Assembly: GCA_963778115.1 (NCBI GenBank)
Contig: CAVZSV010000005.1
Coordinates: 501,863-565,862 of the forward strand
Direction: 5' to 3'
DNA length: 64,000 nucleotides
Source of the DNA: an uncultured delta proteobacterium
Lineage (GTDB): Bacteria; Bdellovibrionota; FAC87; UBA2466
Positions 30,583-39,088 of the stretch are shown in pieces. The first letter of the stretch is position 1. Every line of letters begins with the position of its first letter. The position numbers were made by a program, and so were the translations under genes. The notes under the pieces are model-generated. The model ran no database searches. It saw only the letters and a list, made by a program, of their open reading frames with translations, and had not been told where the DNA came from.

Positions 30583-33500
30583 TTACGCATAGTTAATCGT
30601 TTTCGCGCGATTGGAAACGGGCTTTGGAATCGTAAAGCGAAAAGTACTCCCCTCGCCGTTTTTTGACTCTACCCAGATTCGTCCGCCGTGTCTTTCAATG
30701 ATCTTCTTGCAAATCGCAAGTCCAATTCCCGTCCCCGGATACTCAGAAACGGTGTGCAATCTCTGGAAGATAAGAAATATCCGTTCGGAATATTCCATGT
30801 CGATCCCAATACCGTTGTCTTTGACGGAAATGATCCATTCCTTATCGTTATCTTCTGAATCAATCGAGATGCAAACATTGGATGGCTTACGAAACTTGAT
30901 GGCATTGCTCAAAAGATTTTGAAAAACTTGCGCCAGTTGAACCGCGTCTCCCATCAAGGAAGGAAGTGCTCCCACTGTAATCTCGGCCCGACTCTCCTCT
31001 ATGGCTAAACGAAGATTAGCCAACACGGACTCAATCACATCGCTACATTGCAACGGAATAAAAGCAGTCCCCATGCGATTCACACGGGAATACGCTAGTA
31101 AGTCATCAATCTGCTGTTTCATTCTTTTTGCTCCATCAACCGCGAAACCGATAAACTCATCGGCGTCACCATCAAGAACTCCGCGATATCGACGAGAGAG
31201 CAGATCAATGTAACTAGAGATCATGCGTAGGGGCTCTTGAAGATCGTGCGAAGCCACGTAAGCAAATTGTTCGAGTTCCCGGTTAGATCGAGCCAGTTCA
31301 TCGGCCCGCAATCGCAGCATCTCTTCCGTTCTTTTTCTTTCGGTAATGTCGTTGAGAGTCGCCACTCGTGCAATTCCTCCGGCATACGGGATGGCGCGCC
31401 CTCTGACTTCGACGACGAGACTTCTCCCATCTTTGGTCACCATCTCCATTTCGTACCGGCCCGAGTCGCCCGTATCTACCTTGTTACGAACCATCTCCCG
31501 ATACGAAGGTTGCACTAAATCCAGCACAGCCACTTGTTTTAACTCCGCCAAGTCTTCGTAGCCGAACATCTTTACAAATGCCTGATTGGCTTCGACTACC
31601 GAGTAATCTTTATGGATAATGACGGCTTCAAAGGCGGACTCCGAAAGCAAACGAAAACGCTCTTCACTATCTTTGAGAGCCCTTTCTGCCTCTTTGCGCT
31701 CAGTGATGTTTTGGTTCACCATCAGCATGGCATCTCGCCCTTCAAAAACCATGGGATGGAAAGTCGCTTCCACTTGGATGAAATTTCCGTTTTTCAACCG
31801 ATGCGTGCGCTCGGCCCTGGAATCGCAGCTTCCGGGAGAGGGCCTGCCTAGTTTATCAGCCGTAGCTAGAGTCTCCGTTGGGGGATACTGAATATCCATT
31901 AGCTTCAGGGCTAGAAACTCCGCCCTATCATATCCGTAGATTCGAGTCGCACTTTCGTTCACTTCGAGAAAGCGTTCGGTAATGCGATCATAAACCCACA
32001 TCGGCTGGGGATTATTATCGAACAGAAGACGAAAGCGAGTTTCACTTGCTTTAAGAACGCTTTCCGCCGCTTTCCTCTCCGTAATATCTCGAAGTGCGGC
32101 TACTCGCGCTCTTTTGCCCTGATAGCGAACATCCCTTCCGCAGACTTCAAGATCAATGAGAGTGCCGTCTCGTCTTATGCCGACGACTTCGTACGGAGTT
32201 TCGCTTCGGCTTGAAACTTTTTCCTCGACCACGACCTTCCCCTGCGGAGTGACAAAGTCGGTCGAGCGCATGCCGATGACCTCATCCTTGTTATCGTATC
32301 CAAAGAGTTTTAGAAACCTCTCATTAACATCAACTACCGTCCCTCCCTCGCTCACGATAACCCCGTCAAATGCCGCGTCTGAAAGGTTTCTAAAACGCTG
32401 TTCGCTTTCCTGAAGCGCTTCTTTTTTTTGCTTCTCTTCCGAAATATCCCGTAATAGGGCCACTCGAGCACTTTGCCCCCGATACACGACGGTCTTCGCA
32501 TTGGCTTCGACGTAACGAATCTGACCGTCCTTACCTTGAAGCCCTCCCTGCCAGCGGCTCTTTATTCCCCTCTTCATAAACTCACTAACGGCCTCTCTTC
32601 CCTCGGGAAGTAGAATATCAACCACACGAGTTCCAATGAATTCATTCGCCTTGCCGCCCAACATCCTCCCAGCCGCTTCGTTAAGTTCGGTAATGACGCC
32701 GTTGACGTGAATAACGACACCTTCCGTGGCTACGCTAGAAAGCGCTCGAAATTGATCTTCACTCTCTTTTAATGCTTTGTCGGCCCTCTCTCGCTCGATA
32801 ACCCGGCCCAACTGAAGCCCTATTTGGCCAACCATATCAAGCAAGAGAGAATCAGGCCCCATCGGTTCCGACGAGAAGAACTCCATGACCGCCACGACTT
32901 CGTCGCCCGCAAGAATGGGCGCGGCAAACGCCGCATGAACGCGGACCTGCTTCGCGATTTTTGAACGAGGACAGTCTTTCTCTTCGGCAACATCTTCTAT
33001 CCATTCGGGTTGCCTTTTGGCCCACGCACGTCCGGATAATCCATAGCCATGCGCTAAATGCACTTCACTGCGCATCATTCGAAAGATCTCATGTCGAGAA
33101 GCATCCTCCAGATACCATATTCCCGATGAGATCAATTCTGCAGTCCTCGGATCCGGCAAGTAGATGTGTCCTATGGGCCAGTGAATAAACTCACAGACCA
33201 ATTTAAGACAGTATTTCATGACTTCATGAGAAGAGCTCGCGGCATTGGAAGCGGAGGCCACTTTGTGCAGAAGATCGATGACCGAATTCTTGCGTGTTAG
33301 TATCGACTGCAAAGAGCTCGAAGCAATAAGACCAACACTTCGACGGCTATCTCTTCCCAACGTCGAGGTCTTCCTTAAAAAGATTTTGCTTGTCTCACTA
33401 CTTTTCCTACGAGAGGCTAACGGGTAAAGGCCCGCGAATCTAAGCCCCGCCGCGAATCGAGTGAAGTACGTTGCGGTATTTCGGAAAAGCAGAATAAAAC

Positions 33501-33642
33501 TTACTGAAAGTGTCAGGATGATTATCCAGGGAAAAGAGATAAGCGGCGTTATCGACGACTCGACCGCAGAGGCAGCCCACGCGGGGGGGGCTCCCAGGAG
33601 CCTTAACAAGACCAACATGTTTTGATGGAATACCACGGCCAT
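30583..33642 (-). CDS. GAF-multi-PAS sensor histidine kinase (Cph1-type transmitter)
   Basis: GAF, four PAS domains, ELEQFAYVASHDLQEPLR, YPGTGIGLAIC. Confidence 0.92.
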   Translation of the reverse strand: MAVVFHQNMLVLLRLLGAPPAWAASAVESSITPLISFPWIIILTLSVSFILLFRNTATYFTRFAAGLRFAGLYPLASRRKSSETSKIFLRKTSTLGRDSRRSVGLIASSSLQSILTRKNSVIDLLHKVASASNAASSSHEVMKYCLKLVCEFIHWPIGHIYLPDPRTAELISSGIWYLEDASRHEIFRMMRSEVHLAHGYGLSGRAWAKRQPEWIEDVAEEKDCPRSKIAKQVRVHAAFAAPILAGDEVVAVMEFFSSEPMGPDSLLLDMVGQIGLQLGRVIERERADKALKESEDQFRALSSVATEGVVIHVNGVITELNEAAGRMLGGKANEFIGTRVVDILLPEGREAVSEFMKRGIKSRWQGGLQGKDGQIRYVEANAKTVVYRGQSARVALLRDISEEKQKKEALQESEQRFRNLSDAAFDGVIVSEGGTVVDVNERFLKLFGYDNKDEVIGMRSTDFVTPQGKVVVEEKVSSRSETPYEVVGIRRDGTLIDLEVCGRDVRYQGKRARVAALRDITERKAAESVLKASETRFRLLFDNNPQPMWVYDRITERFLEVNESATRIYGYDRAEFLALKLMDIQYPPTETLATADKLGRPSPGSCDSRAERTHRLKNGNFIQVEATFHPMVFEGRDAMLMVNQNITERKEAERALKDSEERFRLLSESAFEAVIIHKDYSVVEANQAFVKMFGYEDLAELKQVAVLDLVQPSYREMVRNKVDTGDSGRYEMEMVTKDGRSLVVEVRGRAIPYAGGIARVATLNDITERKRTEEMLRLRADELARSNRELEQFAYVASHDLQEPLRMISSYIDLLSRRYRGVLDGDADEFIGFAVDGAKRMKQQIDDLLAYSRVNRMGTAFIPLQCSDVIESVLANLRLAIEESRAEITVGALPSLMGDAVQLAQVFQNLLSNAIKFRKPSNVCISIDSEDNDKEWIISVKDNGIGIDMEYSERIFLIFQRLHTVSEYPGTGIGLAICKKIIERHGGRIWVESKNGEGSTFRFTIPKPVSNRAKTINYA

Positions 33643-33800
33643 CCGCTCCCAGCCAAACCGCTACCCCTTAAGTTACCGCGATGCAACAAGCCCTATTTAG
33701 TTACCCTATTTCAGCAGGAGCGAAAATACTTTTCTTCGGAAGGGTGTCGATAACCCCAAGAAGAGTACCTACCATATCTATTTAATATTATGAGATTATT

Positions 33801-35249
33801 TTAGTGAAGGGATTTCGCCTCGGCTAGACTGATGCCGTAGCGTTGAGCTTTGCGATACAGAGTCGCTCGGTCGATCCCTAAAATGGAGGCCGCCTTAGAC
33901 TTGTTAAAGCTCACCTCTTGCAAGACTCTGATGATATGGGCTCGTTCCATCTGTTCTAAAGAACGTGGAGAGGCAACCTCCCCCTGGTCCGAAGTCGGAG
34001 TCACTGGTTGAGTCGTCGATTCGGATGCCTGAATTACGCTAACGGGAAAATCCTCTGGGTAAAGAACCGCCGTGTTGGTCATTGCCACCGCTCGTTCGAT
34101 CGCATGTTCCAATTCCCGAATATTTCCTGGCCACGGATAGGCGTACAACAAGGCCATCGCCTCTTCGGAAACATGGCTAATCGCCTTATGGGTCTTTTCC
34201 GAAAGACGTGCGACAAAATGGTTCACCAAAACCGGTAGATCATCAATGCGATCGCGCAGTGCCGGCAACTCGACCATGATGACTTTCAATCGATAATAAA
34301 GATCTTCCCGGAAAAAGCCCTCTTTTACCCTCTCTTCCAAATTACGGTGAGTAGCAGCGATAACTCGAGTGTGCACTCGCCTTACTTCGTTTACCCCGAC
34401 CGGTTTAAACTCCCCCTCTTGAATCACCCTTAACAGCTTGACCTGTAGACCGGGAGAAATATCCCCGATCTCATCCAGAAAGATAGTTCCGCCATCCGCC
34501 TCGTCGAAAAGTCCCCGCTTATTGGCAACGGCCCCCGTGAAGGATCCCTTCACATGGCCGAACAACTCCGATTCCAGCAAGTTCTCCGCAAGCGCCCCAC
34601 AATTGACCGTAACAAAGGCGTTATTCCGTAAAGGACCATTATCGTGAATCGCGCGAGCCACTAATTCCTTACCCGTACCGCTCTCTCCTGTGATCAAAAC
34701 GTTACTGCTCGACATGGAAGCTTTAGCGAGCATCTTATAGACCTGCACCATTTTCGGAGAGCGGCCGATTAGTGTCCGAGGCATCAGCTTAGCGCCGATA
34801 GGAATCTCTTTGTGCGGGATCTGCAAACCTTCCCAATGGCGTTTAGCACGCATCATGAGGGCTTTTAGTTCGTTGGGTTTGAGAGGTTTACTGAGATAAT
34901 CGAACGCTCCCTCATGAATGGCTTGAATCGCCCCTTCCAATGAGCCAAAGCCAGTCATCAAAATGACAACAGACTGCGATCCGGATTTTTTTAGATAAGA
35001 CAAAAGCCCGATGCCATCGAGATCGAACATATTAATGTCAGACAGAATGATGGGAAAGGTCTTGTCCTTGAGGATGGTAAGTGCTTGCTCTCCGCTCTCG
35101 GCGAGTGCCACGTCATACCCGTCACGCTCTAGGATCGCGCGCAGTAACTCACGCGTCACTTTGTCGTCATCAACAACGAGAATGGGAAGTGAGTTTTGGG
35201 AAAGGGCGTCCATATTCGCAGTTAAACTTCCTGTCTTTCCAAGCCGCAA
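33801..35249 (-). CDS. Sigma54-dependent NtrC-family response regulator (start likely 35213)
   Basis: [25 protein letters not shown], Fis-type HTH. Confidence 0.94.
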   Translation of the reverse strand: MRLGKTGSLTANMDALSQNSLPILVVDDDKVTRELLRAILERDGYDVALAESGEQALTILKDKTFPIILSDINMFDLDGIGLLSYLKKSGSQSVVILMTGFGSLEGAIQAIHEGAFDYLSKPLKPNELKALMMRAKRHWEGLQIPHKEIPIGAKLMPRTLIGRSPKMVQVYKMLAKASMSSSNVLITGESGTGKELVARAIHDNGPLRNNAFVTVNCGALAENLLESELFGHVKGSFTGAVANKRGLFDEADGGTIFLDEIGDISPGLQVKLLRVIQEGEFKPVGVNEVRRVHTRVIAATHRNLEERVKEGFFREDLYYRLKVIMVELPALRDRIDDLPVLVNHFVARLSEKTHKAISHVSEEAMALLYAYPWPGNIRELEHAIERAVAMTNTAVLYPEDFPVSVIQASESTTQPVTPTSDQGEVASPRSLEQMERAHIIRVLQEVSFNKSKAASILGIDRATLYRKAQRYGISLAEAKSLH

Positions 35250-35457
35250 CCGCGTAAACGTTGCTACAAAGGCTCCAGTCGCGTCTGGACCGATAATCTC
35301 AAATAAGTGTCAGCGCTTTTACCACGATTTGCCTAGAGGATCTAGGTGTGTTGGAGAGAGCTAGAGTAACTCACTGTTATTAGTAGACTTTCCTGATAGC
35401 CGTTGAAACCTACCCCAGACGAAAAGAGGGAACAGCAGAGAAGAAACTTAAGGGTGT

Positions 35458-35682
35458 TTAAGGCCGTGCGGGCACGGAAGAATGGTTGCCCGGTAATACC
35501 ACCATCCTTTTAATCACAGCCCCTCCCTCTTCAAAATAGTTCAAAGTCTGTTGATTAAAGGCTAGAAATGCTACGACCACCATCACCAACCATAGCAGTG
35601 CGGGATACATCCAACCCAATACCCACCTTTTCTGCGAACGACCAATCCACACCGGCGACCTGAACGACGGAAACTCAGCCAT
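35458..35682 (-). CDS. Small single-TM hypothetical protein
   Basis: GGGGGAAAG directly before ATG; one hydrophobic helix (PALLWLVMVVVAFLAF). Confidence 0.45.
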   Translation of the reverse strand: MAEFPSFRSPVWIGRSQKRWVLGWMYPALLWLVMVVVAFLAFNQQTLNYFEEGGAVIKRMVVLPGNHSSVPARP

Positions 35683-36063
35683 CTTTCCCCCTAGTTCGGT
35701 TATTCAATTGCCTCTTCAACGAATGATCAATGGCCCACTACATTTTTATTGAAGGGAAGGGGAGACGCTAAGCCCTACTTGGAACAGCCCCATAAATCCT
35801 ACTTCCACCGTTTCACTCTCGCGCAGCATGACTACTATGATCGCCATTGCGGCTATAACGCCCGCCCTTCCCTTTTTTCTGGGCAGCGACGTCTCCTCCA
35901 ACAAACCGCTTGCTAAAGGAAACCTCTCATACCGAGTTAAGCTGACTCCCTCTTGAGCTTGCACTCTCACCGGCCCGACTTAAATCTCACCGCATCGGAC
36001 ATTCCTTTTCTGGGCTAACTACAAGGAAACTAAACGCTCATTTCGGTACGTATTTAGTATTAG

Positions 36064-36079
36064 AGCAAAACCGATGCCA
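36064..36079 (-). promoter_or_regulatory. Sigma54 -24/-12 promoter (leftward)
   Basis: TGGCATCGGTTTTGCT on the minus strand. Confidence 0.7.
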
Positions 36080-36183
36080 CCGGGACAAAGGTTGTCGTCC
36101 TTCGCGTATTCTGCGCAAACCTCCTTCGATCATTATGAAAGAGGAAAAGTCTAATCCCTCTTGTTGCAGCCATTCGGTGAACG

Positions 36184-36212
36184 TGCGGCACTACTGCCGC
36201 AAACTGCGGCAG
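36184..36212. promoter_or_regulatory. Putative enhancer (UAS) for a sigma54 activator
   Basis: Three alternating heptamers TGCGGCA-N4-TGCCGCA-N3-TGCGGCA between two divergent sigma54 promoters. Confidence 0.5.
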
Positions 36213-36261
36213 TTCAATAAGAGAAAACGGCCAACTACGCTCTGAGCCGCCATTCGTAAAT

Positions 36262-36277
36262 TGGCATCGGATTTGCT
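36262..36277 (+). promoter_or_regulatory. Sigma54 -24/-12 promoter (rightward)
   Basis: TGGCATCGGATTTGCT. Confidence 0.72.
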
Positions 36278-36287
36278 TAAGTTTAAA

Positions 36288-36544
36288 TCAGGAATGAGTA
36301 GCCGGAATATCGGCGGCGGTTGAAGCGGAATCTGAAGCGAAAAGTAGAAAAGTTAGCGGCCGATGACAATGCTCACGCATTGACGAGCAGTAGTTGAAGT
36401 GGATTTGAACCGGACGTTCTTTAAAAAACGAATTCTCGATTTCCGTAGGTAAAAACCTTCGGATTAAGTCGAGTGGGTCTGTGAAAGTTTTCCCAATTCC
36501 TCCTATTACCCCCCAACCGCTTTCACAGGCCCATTTCGTTTTTT
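36288..36544 (+). ncRNA. Candidate sigma54-dependent small RNA (~255 nt)
   Basis: Promoter with no downstream ORF, two hairpins with G-U pairs on the + strand, C-rich loop, terminal U-tract. Confidence 0.55.
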
Positions 36545-37304
36545 AGCCCTCTATTAACTCTCCGAGCAGTCGATCCATTTCCCTCTGATTGCGTAGGTAA
36601 TATTTCGCTTCGGACTCCAAAGAATGGCCCACTCGCACCGTAATAATATTTTCGTCCGAAGCGGCCGACATTCCAAAGACGGACTCGTCGGTAACATCGT
36701 CTCCTACGTAAAGACCCATCTGCGCCCTGTTCCGTCGCATCAAAGAAAAGAAAGCGTCCCCTTTGTGGGGAGCCCCGCGAGGCACTACGTTGACGACATC
36801 CTTTCCCGGAATGACAACGACCTGGCGCAACTCTTTGGCGCGACGACTGAGCGCTTTGGCCACGGCCTTTGGCTTACGGCTTTCTCGGAAATGAAGCGAT
36901 AGCGAAAATCGCTTATCTTCGATCCACGCTCCGGGCTCGGCATCCACCGCACTAGAGAGTACTTTGATCCAACCACGCACTAGAGAATCAAATTTAGCCA
37001 GAGATTTTCGATTCGTGGGATCTTCGATTCCATGATTACCAATCACACTTGCGAACGAGATCCCTTTAATGAACCTGGTCACATCGGCGACGGCTCTGCC
37101 GGTGATAAGCGCCACCGGATGCCTTGCAGTGAGCGGTTTCAATCGTTTTCGGGTGGTGGCTCTCATTTTAACGAAGTGAGGCTCTGGCGAAAGGGGGACA
37201 AGGGTGCCATCAAAGTCAAAGGCCAGAAGCGACCGATTGTCTTTCGTAGATTTTCGCAACCTCTCCAGAGCCGTCCGGCCTCGAGCGGAGAATAGATAAT
37301 GCAC
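36543..37304 (-). CDS. otsB: Trehalose-6-phosphate phosphatase
   Basis: HAD motifs FDFDGTL, ITGR, GNHG.E, HKG, GDDVTDE. Confidence 0.93.
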   Translation of the reverse strand: MHYLFSARGRTALERLRKSTKDNRSLLAFDFDGTLVPLSPEPHFVKMRATTRKRLKPLTARHPVALITGRAVADVTRFIKGISFASVIGNHGIEDPTNRKSLAKFDSLVRGWIKVLSSAVDAEPGAWIEDKRFSLSLHFRESRKPKAVAKALSRRAKELRQVVVIPGKDVVNVVPRGAPHKGDAFFSLMRRNRAQMGLYVGDDVTDESVFGMSAASDENIITVRVGHSLESEAKYYLRNQREMDRLLGELIEG

Positions 37305-37312
37305 TACAACAC

Positions 37313-39088
37313 CTAGAAAGCGGCGTTCCAGCTTTTCGAAAGCCTGAACGCGGAATTAATAATACCTACGTGGGAATATGCTTGGGGAAAATTCCCCCAC
37401 AGCTCGCCGGTTTGAGGATCGACGTCTTCAGAAAGAAGCCCCACATGATTGGAGCAGGAGAGTGCCTGTTCAAAAATGCGACGTGCCTCTTCCACACGCC
37501 CCAAGTCCACCAGAGCGTCTACCATCCAAAAGGTGCAGATCGTAAAAGCATGCTGAGGGAGTCCAAAATCGTCATGATTGCGATAACGAAACACATAGCC
37601 ACGGTTCATAAGTCGTTTTTCGCACTGTTCTACGAGGCTTCGAAAGCGCGCATTATCCGGAGTATGAAAGTTCAATGTCGACATCAATAGATTAGAAGCG
37701 TCGGCGTCGGCCCCACCATAAGCCTGGGTGTACATGCCCAGTTTCTCATTCCACCCCTTTTTTTCAATTTCGGACCGCATGTGGGTAGCCGCTTGCTGCC
37801 AATGCGCGAACTCTGAAGACCTTCCTAGTTTGCTAGCGATCTTTAACCCGCGGTCCACCGCGGCCCAACACATCACTTTGGAAAAGAGATAGTGGGAACG
37901 CTCTCCTCTAAACTCCCAGATTCCGCTATCGGGATTCTCAAAAGCGACGATCGACCTATCGACGAGTATGCGTACGTTCTCAAAGGCCTGGCTTAGGTCG
38001 ATCCTATCCAATCGACTGTCGAAAAAAAGCGGGGTCGTCGAAAGAACCATCTCGCCATAAGCATCAAATTGCGCGTGGGCGTAAGCCGCATTTCCTACCC
38101 GCACAGGCCCTATTCCTTTAAAACCCTTTAACCAGGGCAATTCTCTCTCATACAGCTCTCGCTCGCCGCCGATACCGTAAACCGGCTGCAATTCGCCGTG
38201 GGACTCGGTTACCGCGATATTGTGGAGATACTGAATAAATTTTTCCATCTCCTCGAAGTGACCGAGTTGGTTCAAAACATTGATCACAAAGTAAGCGTCT
38301 CTAAGCCAACAATAGCGGTAGTCCCAAGTACGCCCTCCCAGAGGAGATTCCGGAATCGACGTGGTCGTCGCCGCTATAATGGCACCGGTATCCTCGAAGA
38401 TATGGAGTTTTAAAGCGAGTGCCGATCGAATCACCGCATCCTGATACTCAAAGGGGATGCTGCAATGTTTCACCCACGTTCGCCAATAGGAGACGGTTCT
38501 TTCCAAGAACTCTTCGCAACTAAACTTAAGAGGCCTCTCGAAACGCTCCCCATGGCTGACGACACAGTATTTGGTTCCGCCTAGCTCAAAGGGCTGTCCC
38601 CCTAAGACGTGGGTATGAGGGATATCGGTGTGCAAAAAGAGGCGGTCCCCTTCCGAACGATAAACAATGGAATCCCCGGTCAAACCGATCTCCGGAGCGG
38701 ATCTCCCGTAATCAAAGCGAGGTTGAAAGGTCATTCTTACTTTGGGATTACCGTTCACAGTCCTTAGAATTCTAATAAATTGTGGAGGACGGTAGTAATG
38801 GTCATCATCGAGAAATCGAGGAGCGAAATCAAAGAGGTCAAACCGGTCACCGTTTTGAAGGTGGAATTCGGTCTGAAGGACGTTAGTGTTCCGTAAGTAT
38901 CTGCTCTTGGTCGTAAAAGGAATCGTAGGCAGGCACGCCCACACCCCGGCCTCATCTCCCCCCAGAATCGCTCCGAATACGGAGGCGGAGTCCATCCGAG
39001 GCATGCAAGACCAAACATACCTTCCCTCTTTATCGATAAGGGCAGAGACCTGACAATTTCCGATCAGAGCGTAATCAAGTTGACTCAT
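37313..39088 (-). CDS. Glycoside hydrolase family 15 (trehalase/glucoamylase-like)
   Basis: GAIIAATTTSIPE, WDYRYCWLRDA, GIWE.R, GLLSED, GNFPQAYSH. Confidence 0.93.
   Translation of the reverse strand: MSQLDYALIGNCQVSALIDKEGRYVWSCMPRMDSASVFGAILGGDEAGVWACLPTIPFTTKSRYLRNTNVLQTEFHLQNGDRFDLFDFAPRFLDDDHYYRPPQFIRILRTVNGNPKVRMTFQPRFDYGRSAPEIGLTGDSIVYRSEGDRLFLHTDIPHTHVLGGQPFELGGTKYCVVSHGERFERPLKFSCEEFLERTVSYWRTWVKHCSIPFEYQDAVIRSALALKLHIFEDTGAIIAATTTSIPESPLGGRTWDYRYCWLRDAYFVINVLNQLGHFEEMEKFIQYLHNIAVTESHGELQPVYGIGGERELYERELPWLKGFKGIGPVRVGNAAYAHAQFDAYGEMVLSTTPLFFDSRLDRIDLSQAFENVRILVDRSIVAFENPDSGIWEFRGERSHYLFSKVMCWAAVDRGLKIASKLGRSSEFAHWQQAATHMRSEIEKKGWNEKLGMYTQAYGGADADASNLLMSTLNFHTPDNARFRSLVEQCEKRLMNRGYVFRYRNHDDFGLPQHAFTICTFWMVDALVDLGRVEEARRIFEQALSCSNHVGLLSEDVDPQTGELWGNFPQAYSHVGIINSAFRLSKSWNAAF

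Noticed and set aside
35746..35970. 74-aa ORF
   Set aside because: GTG start without a clear RBS and no recognisable motif; not called as CDS.
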